Positions 57,231-64,000 of a DNA stretch of 64,000 nt are shown here, piece after piece. The notes beneath the pieces were generated by a model that did not search any database, was not told the DNA's origin, and saw nothing but the letters and a program-made list of their open reading frames with translations. Within the stretch, counting starts at the first letter, position 1. Each line of letters opens with the position of its first letter. The stretch is from Candidatus Multivorans sp. Its GTDB lineage: Bacteria; Acidobacteriota; Thermoanaerobaculia; Multivoradales; Multivoraceae. Location of the stretch: contig OZ251997.1 of assembly GCA_965247095.1 (NCBI GenBank), positions 4,352,001 through 4,416,000 on the forward strand, given 5' to 3'. A program made the translations under genes and the position numbers.

Positions 57231-59678
57231 TCAGCGCGGCGTAATGCCAAGCTCGTCGCGGATGATCGAGAAGTCGAAGGGCGCGGCCCCGCCGGCGCGT
57301 TGCTCCATGTTCTCCATGTGCTTGAGCAGCAGATCGACCTCTCTGCGTCCGGCGGCTGTCCGCGCGAATTCTCGCGGCGTCTCCTGGCCCAGGGCCGGCA
57401 GCGGCAGGTCGGGCCACTCCGCGTAGTGGCGCGCCTTGTGCTCCGCGGCAAATCGCTCGTCCTCGGGTGAGGGCGCCGGCAGCGACGGCGCTTCTCCGAC
57501 GGCTGAGCCGAACGCGAACGGATTGGTCTGCTCTCGCGCGCGGTGTCGGATGCGGGCGCCGCATGCCGCCTCGAGGCGCTCCCGCAGCGCGTCGGCCCGC
57601 GCTTCGGAGTTCGTCTCGGTCCGCAGCGCCGTCGGTTCGAGCCGGGTGATACCGAGGACCGTCCTCTGGCCTTCTGGCAGCGTTCCGTCATAGGCGCCTA
57701 GGAAGACGTAGGTCGCCGCCCCGTCTTCGGCGCCTTCCTCGATGAAGCCCTCAAGTTGCGCGATGATCCGGCCAATTTCGGTCATCGTTCCGGGCAGGAC
57801 CTCGAATCGGTCCACCGTCTGCGTCAGCAGGTCGCCGTCCCGGTTGCGCAGTTCCCGCGGCAGCGATCGCCGTATGCGGAGTTCTTCGAGGGCGTCGATC
57901 CAGTAGCGGATGAGGGCGCGGCCAAAGGCCGCGTCCCGGAGTCGCTCGACCGGCACGTCCCGCTTGCGGCGTAGCCGGCGCCGAGCACGATCGACCACGT
58001 CGTGCGCCTCGAACGGGTTCAGCACGCCGCTGTGGATGCCGGCGAGCAGCGAGAGACCGTCGTGGTCCACGACTCGGGCCAGCAGCGCGTCACGCACCAC
58101 GACGATCTTGGAAGCACTCCTTTCCAACACCGTGCGCCGTTCGCCCGAGAGTAGATCGCGCAGGGTCAGCGACCTTCCCGCCTCGACGGCCTCCACTTCC
58201 CATACCGAGAGCCACGCGGCGCGTTGCGCCTCCAGCCAGTCTCGTTCCGCCGCCGTGCAACGGCGGCCATGCGCCGTGAGGTAGGCATCGACCACCGTGG
58301 TTCCGTTGGCCTCGAAAGAAAAGACCGACAAGGGGTAGGTGAGAAAGACGGAGTCGCTTTCGGCGGCCAGGTCGTCCTGGAATCTCCACCACTCTTCGCC
58401 GAATTCCCGCGTCGCGAAGTTCCGTAGATCGCCGAGGAGCCGTGCGTCCATCTCGTGCGTCGCGGTCGCGCGCCGACCCTCGGCATGCTCGGCCTCATCG
58501 GTCCGCAGGTGGCACTTCTTGTACTTGCGGCCGCTGCCGCAGGGACACGGTTCGTTGCGCTCCGCCCGCGGGCGGAACGGCTCGTTCGGCAGCGCCCATG
58601 CGATTCGGTCGACGAACTCATCTCCGACGAACTCCTCGTTCTCGGAACCGGCCGGCTCGAAGTCCGGCAAGCGGTCGCAGGCCGCGGAGAGCACCACCTC
58701 CCGTTCCTTGTCGTCGAAGTGCGACACGCGGACGGGGGCGAACGTCTCGGCGCTGAGAATCGCCGCGTGCTTTCCGAGGAACGCCGTGAGAACCTGCGCG
58801 CAGGCTGTGGCGATCTCCACGTCGCGCGCCGCGAGCGGCCGGGAAACGCTGTCCGGGCCGCGACGTTGCACCAGCGGATAGGCGTTCGCGCTGTGCGCGC
58901 GCCATCCGTGTTCCATCGCCTCGCGTCGCATCGACCGCGGCAGAGCGGCGACGGATTCGAAGGTGAGGGAGAGCACATCGGAACCCAGGAAGCCGTCTTC
59001 GTAGGCGCGCGCTTTGGAGGCGTCGAGGAACGCATAGAAGTCGTCGAGGGAGGGGAAGATCAGTATGCCGTTCACGTCGCCGAGCTGGCCGATGATCGAC
59101 ACGCAGGCGCCGTCGACGCCGAGGGCAGGGATGTCCAAACGCAGGATGGGCGGTTCGTCGCCGAGCGCCCACGGCTCGAGCGCGTACAGTGCGTTGCCGG
59201 CCGAGAACAGCGCCTCAACCGCTACGGCCGGCACCCGACCTTCCGCCAGGTAGCTTCCTTCGATGTCCCTGTCATCCGCCTCCATTGCTTCGCACAGCTC
59301 CTCGAAGAGATCGTCGAGTTCCGGCGTGGGAGCGACCGTTACCGGAATGTCGCCGGCTGTCTCCGCCCGCACTTCGTCGACGATCGAGGCGTTGGCGACA
59401 CGAATGGCGTCGGGCCGCCGGGGCGGTCCGACCGCCGGTTGGGCGACGGCGGCGCGCAGCGTGCGCGCAACGGCGCCGTCGCCTTCCCCGGGCGCGACGA
59501 GCCCTTGGCCGACGATCAGGCCCTCCGGCAGTTCGAGCCAGAGAACGAAATCGGGACGGTACGGCTCGGAGTGATCATCGACGAAAAAGGGCGCCGTGAA
59601 GACGCCGCCGACCCACTCGTTTCCGTTTGGGGCGCCCGCGCGGCGAGACCGCCGGGCTGTGGCGCGTCGAAGCGTCAC
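57231..59678 (-). CDS. SEC-C motif protein with a C-terminal MbcA/ParS-like helical domain
   Basis: RNEPCPCGSGRKYKKCH, SVWEV--V--G--L-LRDLLSG and W-D-PLPALG--TPR. Likely GTG start at 59678; the ORF-track extension to 60692 overlaps DUF1592 and looks spurious. Confidence 0.8.
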   Translation of the reverse strand: MTLRRATARRSRRAGAPNGNEWVGGVFTAPFFVDDHSEPYRPDFVLWLELPEGLIVGQGLVAPGEGDGAVARTLRAAVAQPAVGPPRRPDAIRVANASIVDEVRAETAGDIPVTVAPTPELDDLFEELCEAMEADDRDIEGSYLAEGRVPAVAVEALFSAGNALYALEPWALGDEPPILRLDIPALGVDGACVSIIGQLGDVNGILIFPSLDDFYAFLDASKARAYEDGFLGSDVLSLTFESVAALPRSMRREAMEHGWRAHSANAYPLVQRRGPDSVSRPLAARDVEIATACAQVLTAFLGKHAAILSAETFAPVRVSHFDDKEREVVLSAACDRLPDFEPAGSENEEFVGDEFVDRIAWALPNEPFRPRAERNEPCPCGSGRKYKKCHLRTDEAEHAEGRRATATHEMDARLLGDLRNFATREFGEEWWRFQDDLAAESDSVFLTYPLSVFSFEANGTTVVDAYLTAHGRRCTAAERDWLEAQRAAWLSVWEVEAVEAGRSLTLRDLLSGERRTVLERSASKIVVVRDALLARVVDHDGLSLLAGIHSGVLNPFEAHDVVDRARRRLRRKRDVPVERLRDAAFGRALIRYWIDALEELRIRRSLPRELRNRDGDLLTQTVDRFEVLPGTMTEIGRIIAQLEGFIEEGAEDGAATYVFLGAYDGTLPEGQRTVLGITRLEPTALRTETNSEARADALRERLEAACGARIRHRAREQTNPFAFGSAVGEAPSLPAPSPEDERFAAEHKARHYAEWPDLPLPALGQETPREFARTAAGRREVDLLLKHMENMEQRAGGAAPFDFSIIRDELGITPR

Positions 59679-59731
59679 GCGGCTGAACTGCCGAAGTTTG
59701 ATCGAGAGATCATGGTTTGCGGTTCCTGAGA

Positions 59732-61552
59732 TTATCCCGGCCTGGTGCGGAAGATGTCGCTGGCGGCGATCGAGACCAGCAGCTCCTTGATGGAGTCGTC
59801 CTCGCGGAAGCTCTGCTGGATCGACTCGATGCCGGGCGCTGTGCGCTCCAGTTGGTTGCCGAGAGCGTAGCGCGTCCAGTGGAGCGCGTAGCAGTCCCGC
59901 ACGCGATTGCTGGCTGCGAGCTGGTGTGCGAAATCGACGCCGTCGGTGAAGACGAGCTTCTCGGCGCCGGGCAGTCGAAGGGCGCCGCTGCCGTCGACCG
60001 GTTGCCCGTTGTCCTCGGCTCGCCAGGCGCCCATCGCGTCGTAGTGCTCGAAAGCGAATCCGGCCGGATTGATCCGCCGGTGGCAGGAGTTGCAGGTCCG
60101 CGGCTTGGTGGCGGCCGCGGTCCGCTCGCGATTCGTGCTCTCGGCGCTTAAGGTGTCCGGCGGCAGTGCGGTTTCGGCGCCTTCCGTGGGCTCGCCCAGT
60201 TCCATGCAGGCGATGCGTTCCAGGATGCGGACGCCTCTGGGAATCGGCCCCGGCTGCACCGCGTAGGCGCCGATCGCGAGTACCGAAGGCAGCGTCAGGA
60301 GCCCGGCGCGGCGGTCGGAGTCGAACTCGGCCGGATAGAGCGTGAGCGGCGCCTTGCGTCCGATCGATGCGGAGACGTATTCGATCTGCCGCGTCACGCT
60401 GGGGCGGCCTTCGCTGCGCGTTGCGCTGGCGCCGTAGATCGGCGCCGTGGCGTCCGACACATAGCCGTGGTTGCCGGTCATGAGCGCGGTGAACGTCCCA
60501 TCGCCGTCGAAGATCGCCTCTTCGACGAAGAGTTCCGTCTCCAGCTTCATCGAGTGGCGGATCGGACCCATGATCGCCGGCCACTTCGTGTCGTCGTCGC
60601 GCGCGTTCTTGAGCGCCCGCGAGATTCCGAACCGTGGTCCGAAGGCGCGCCGCGCGGGTGCGATCAGGAGGACCTGGTCGGTGCCCAACCACTGGTGATG
60701 GAAATGAACGAGGGCGGACCGGGCCCTGTCGTCGTCGAGCATCCGGCGGGCCTGGCGCTCGACGCCTTCGGAACCGGTGAGGTCGCCGGAACGGGCCGCT
60801 GCGAAGAGCTCCTCGTCGGGCATCGAGTCCCAGAGAAAGTAGGAAAGCCGGGTCGCGAGTTCCCAGGGGTCGAGTTCGGGTTTCGCGTCCGTCGACGAAG
60901 TGTCAGGTACCAGCTTGAAGTGAAACGCCGGCGCCTGCAGGATGCCGGCGACGGTGAGCGCGACCGCCTCGTCCGGAGGTCCGTTCTTGAGGTTCGCCTG
61001 CCAGAACGCTTCGATGCGGTCGGTCTCCTCGGCGGGTAGCGGCCGGCGGTAGGCACGCTCGGCGAAACGGAGAAGACTCGAGGTGGCGCACGCCTCCTTC
61101 TCTTCGGCCGGTAGTCCAGCCCAGTCGGAGCAGGTGAAGAAGGTCGGGGAGAGCAGGGCGAAGGGACCGAAGTGCATGGCCGCGAGGTGGAGTTCCTCGA
61201 CCTGGTAGGAAGACGGACTCTGGCCCTGGACGATGCCCTCGAAGCCGTCGGAGCCGGGCTCGGCCGGGAAGTGCCATGGCCACGGGTCAGGCGGCGGCGG
61301 CGGCGCGAAGACACCCTTGCTCGCCGTGCGGCGAGGGCTCAACCGGTCGGCGATGGGCGGGCGCTTGGGCCACTTCTCGCCGTCTCTCGGGAAGCCGAGC
61401 AGGTCGGCGATCGTGTTGTTGTACTCGGTCGGCGTCAGCGCCAGGGGGGCCGTCCCGTGGGCTTCGCCCGGTTCCCCCGACTCTGCCGCTGCCGGAAGGG
61501 CGAAGCCGGCGGCGCAGAGCAGCACCAGGACCGTGCTGAGGTCGAACTTCAT
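59732..61552 (-). CDS. DUF1592 / PSD-domain protein (DUF1587-1595-1592-1588-1585 type) with a CxxCH haem-c motif
   Basis: LT-TEYNNTI-DLLG, RFAERAYRRPL, ELATRLSYFLW-SMPDEEL, RAGLLT-PS-L, PI-RG, CNSCH--INP-GFAFE-YD--G-WR and signal peptide. Confidence 0.88.
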   Translation of the reverse strand: MKFDLSTVLVLLCAAGFALPAAAESGEPGEAHGTAPLALTPTEYNNTIADLLGFPRDGEKWPKRPPIADRLSPRRTASKGVFAPPPPPDPWPWHFPAEPGSDGFEGIVQGQSPSSYQVEELHLAAMHFGPFALLSPTFFTCSDWAGLPAEEKEACATSSLLRFAERAYRRPLPAEETDRIEAFWQANLKNGPPDEAVALTVAGILQAPAFHFKLVPDTSSTDAKPELDPWELATRLSYFLWDSMPDEELFAAARSGDLTGSEGVERQARRMLDDDRARSALVHFHHQWLGTDQVLLIAPARRAFGPRFGISRALKNARDDDTKWPAIMGPIRHSMKLETELFVEEAIFDGDGTFTALMTGNHGYVSDATAPIYGASATRSEGRPSVTRQIEYVSASIGRKAPLTLYPAEFDSDRRAGLLTLPSVLAIGAYAVQPGPIPRGVRILERIACMELGEPTEGAETALPPDTLSAESTNRERTAAATKPRTCNSCHRRINPAGFAFEHYDAMGAWRAEDNGQPVDGSGALRLPGAEKLVFTDGVDFAHQLAASNRVRDCYALHWTRYALGNQLERTAPGIESIQQSFREDDSIKELLVSIAASDIFRTRPG

Positions 61553-61655
61553 GGTTGATGGCGTAGGTTAGCGGCTCCGGTGCACCTGAAGTTGTAACAC
61601 TGTATCAGGCTGCCCCTTCGGTACGCAGCCGCGGCGTTTCGCTAGAGGTGAGTTG

Positions 61656-63233
61656 CTACTTGGGGTCTCGCGCGGCGCTGCCCGAGGTGCGCAGGATGAA
61701 GCCGTCGAGCGTTTCCTTCCACTGCGGCAGCAGAGACTGCTCCACGTACATCATGTGCCCGGCGGCGAAGTCCTCACGCTGGATGTTGGCCCTAAGCTCC
61801 GGCGGCAGACCCATGTGGTCGAGCGTCCAGACAGCCGCGAAGTAGGGCGTCGCCAGGTCGTACAGGCCGTTGATCAAGAGCACTTCGAGTTCTGGATTCC
61901 GGCGCATTGCGGCGGCAAGGTCGGGGGCGACGTTCGGTGTACCGTCGCCGCGCGAGAAGCGGCCTGCGTTCACCCGCCCCCAGTTCCAGTCGCGGACGAC
62001 GCCGCTCGGAACATACTCGCGGTCGCCGTCGTAGCCGAGCTCGCTCCGCAGGTAGCTGTTGAACGCCGACGTGTAGGCCGAGCTGATCGCCGTGGACTGC
62101 GGATCGTGGGAAGGCCGGGCCTCCAGCGCGTCCCCCGCCGGGCCGGTGAAGCGCGCGTCCAGGCGGCCGACGATCTTCCCTTCGTCGCGCAGCAACTCGG
62201 CCTCGAAGGCCGGAGCAGTCACCCGCAGGTCCGACTTGTCGAGGAAGTCGCGCGAGAGCCCGGTGTAGCGGTGCAGGCGGTCGACCACCCGGGCGCGAGT
62301 GTCCGGGCCGAGCGTGCTGCCCCGAAGCAACGCGGTGGCGTACTCGGTGAGCGCCCATTCCTCGACGTCGGCCATCAGGGTCTCGAGGTCCGCCGGGGCT
62401 CCCTCCGGCAGCGCGTCCAGGTAGCGGGCGGCAATGGCGTAGGACGGCAGGTTGACGATGTAGGGGAGGTCTTCGCCGGGCGCGAACTGGATCGTGTTGA
62501 ACTGCAGGACCGCCGAGACCAGGACGATGCCATTCAGGTCGATGTTCGCGCGCTGCAGGTGGGCGGCGAGCACCGCCGATCGGGTCGTGCCGTAGCTCTC
62601 GCCGAGCAGGTACCGGGGCGAGTTCCAGCGGTCGTGCGCGCTGAGAAACCGCTGGATGAACTGGGCCAGCGACTTTGCGTCCTCGTCGATGCCCCAGTAA
62701 TCGGATCCCGGAGTCTCGCCCAGGGTATGGCTGAAGCCGGTGCCGATGGGGTCGACCATGACGATGTCGGCGATGTCGAGAAGCGTCCAGGCGTTGTCCT
62801 CGAGAGGGTAGGGCGGCGCTCCCTGCGGGCCGACATCGGGGGTCACGACCCGCCGCGGCCCCATGATCCCCATGTGCAGCCAGAAGGACGCGGAGCCGGG
62901 GCCTCCGTTGTAGGAGAACACCAGGGGGCGCTCCTGCGGCGCCGCGCCGTTCGTCCGGAAGTACGCCGTGTACCAGAGATGTGCGGCCGGGACGCCGTCG
63001 TCGTTGTCGAGTTCGATTCCGGTGACGACAGCGTCGTACTCAACCGTGTCGCCGCCGACATCGATCGAGTGGCTCGTCTCCCAGCGGCCGGGCGGAGGGG
63101 GCGTTTCGCCGACCGCCGATGCGCCGTCGCCTTCCTCCGCGAGCGCCGGGGCCGTCGCGGCCGCAACGGCGACGCAGATCAGGGCGAGGGCCGGTCTGGC
63201 TGCCGCGAGCCGCGGGAGGACGGAGAACGCCAT
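61656..63233 (-). CDS. Serine carboxypeptidase (S10 family), secreted
   Basis: RPLVFSYNGGPGSAS, DP-GTGFS, GESYG nucleophile, G-YDLATP and AGHMMY. Start ATG 63233. Confidence 0.92.
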   Translation of the reverse strand: MAFSVLPRLAAARPALALICVAVAAATAPALAEEGDGASAVGETPPPPGRWETSHSIDVGGDTVEYDAVVTGIELDNDDGVPAAHLWYTAYFRTNGAAPQERPLVFSYNGGPGSASFWLHMGIMGPRRVVTPDVGPQGAPPYPLEDNAWTLLDIADIVMVDPIGTGFSHTLGETPGSDYWGIDEDAKSLAQFIQRFLSAHDRWNSPRYLLGESYGTTRSAVLAAHLQRANIDLNGIVLVSAVLQFNTIQFAPGEDLPYIVNLPSYAIAARYLDALPEGAPADLETLMADVEEWALTEYATALLRGSTLGPDTRARVVDRLHRYTGLSRDFLDKSDLRVTAPAFEAELLRDEGKIVGRLDARFTGPAGDALEARPSHDPQSTAISSAYTSAFNSYLRSELGYDGDREYVPSGVVRDWNWGRVNAGRFSRGDGTPNVAPDLAAAMRRNPELEVLLINGLYDLATPYFAAVWTLDHMGLPPELRANIQREDFAAGHMMYVEQSLLPQWKETLDGFILRTSGSAARDPK

Positions 63234-63291
63234 CGGGTTGGCGTATTGTAGCGCCCTGCCGGAAGTCGGCGGACCACGAGAGGGAGGATCC

Positions 63292-64000
63292 ATGAGACAC
63301 GTTGGACTGACGATTCGTGCCGCGCTCGCCGCGGCCACAATGTTTGCGGCGGGTTCGCTGTGGGCGCAGGAGTGGACCACGACGACGGATACCCACCGGT
63401 TCATGGAGGTCCGGAACGGCATCTACCTTACCCAGACCACGGCGCAGGTGTTCAACAGCAACTCGCTCGTGATCGTCAATGATGAGGATGTCGTCATCGT
63501 CGATTCGCACGTCACACCGGCGAAGGCGCGCGACCTGATCGCTTCGATCCCGGCCATTACCGACAAGCCCGTGACGGCGCTGATCAACTCCCACTACCAC
63601 TGGGACCACGCCCACGGCAACCAGGAGTTCGCCGACATCCCGATCATCGGCCACGAGTACACGCGGATGAAGCTGGCGATCGCCGCTCACGAGGAGCCGA
63701 CCTACCTGAGTGGGCTGGCCGGGAACGCGGCGAGGCTGGCGCAGCTCGCGGAGCAGATCGAGGCGGCCGAGGACGACGAGGAGCGCGAGGGGCTCGAGAC
63801 CTATCGCGCGATGTTCGCCGCCCACGCCGCGGACTTCGACGAGATCACTCCGCTGCCGCCCGACGTGACGCTGCACGAGCGGATGACCCTGTTCCGGGGC
63901 AGCCGCGAGATCCAGATCATCTTCCTGGGCCGCGCCCATACCGGTGGCGACGTGGCGGTCTACTTCCCGCAGGACCGTCTCGTCTTCACGGGCGACATGC
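63292..64000 (+). CDS. MBL-fold metallo-hydrolase (cyclase-like), secreted; truncated by the window end
   Basis: GGAGG then ATG 63292. MRHVGLTIRAALAAATMF signal, NSNS-VIV---V-IVD, INSHYHWDHAHGN (HxHxDH), GRAHTGGD and VFTGD. Not in the ORF track. Confidence 0.9.
   Translation, partial: MRHVGLTIRAALAAATMFAAGSLWAQEWTTTTDTHRFMEVRNGIYLTQTTAQVFNSNSLVIVNDEDVVIVDSHVTPAKARDLIASIPAITDKPVTALINSHYHWDHAHGNQEFADIPIIGHEYTRMKLAIAAHEEPTYLSGLAGNAARLAQLAEQIEAAEDDEEREGLETYRAMFAAHAADFDEITPLPPDVTLHERMTLFRGSREIQIIFLGRAHTGGDVAVYFPQDRLVFTGDM

Noticed and set aside
59679-60692. N-terminal 338-aa extension of the SEC-C ORF (apparent 1153-aa protein)
   Set aside because: It overlaps the DUF1592 gene in another frame and is low-complexity Arg-rich. 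Protein-like sequence begins near GTG 59678.

Overview
High-GC (about 68-70% by eye), gene-dense bacterial chromosomal segment. The gene content suggests Acidobacteriota, probably Thermoanaerobaculia and possibly sponge-associated; this is an inference from acidobacterial-type VWA proteins, an Oar-like TonB receptor, multiple ASPIC/UnbV proteins, FWFF-NxE-VKxLDG C-terminal modules and a symbiont-type LRR protein. Housekeeping genes are ptrB, an acyl-CoA dehydrogenase, a folP-folB fusion plus folK, a SpeA-like decarboxylase, a glycerate kinase and eno. Many exported proteases are present (S9, an M16 pair, two reprolysin-like, one matrixin-like, S10). The most distinctive region is a 26-28 kb block of uncharacterised envelope genes (18.9-46.6 kb). 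It holds two Thr-type sulfatase-like-TPR lipoproteins, three VWA proteins, a transglutaminase-TPR lipoprotein, a TonB-dependent receptor behind a sigma54-type promoter, TPR proteins and three CRTAC1/ASPIC-UnbV paralogues coupled to the decarboxylase. Also present are a RES-Xre toxin-antitoxin pair, a DUF1592/DUF1552 pair split by a SEC-C gene, a frameshifted protease-LRR gene, and five copies of a modular palindromic REP/MITE-like repeat with compensatory base changes. No rRNA, tRNA, CRISPR array, transposase or integrase was seen. All family assignments come from motif recognition, not database searches.
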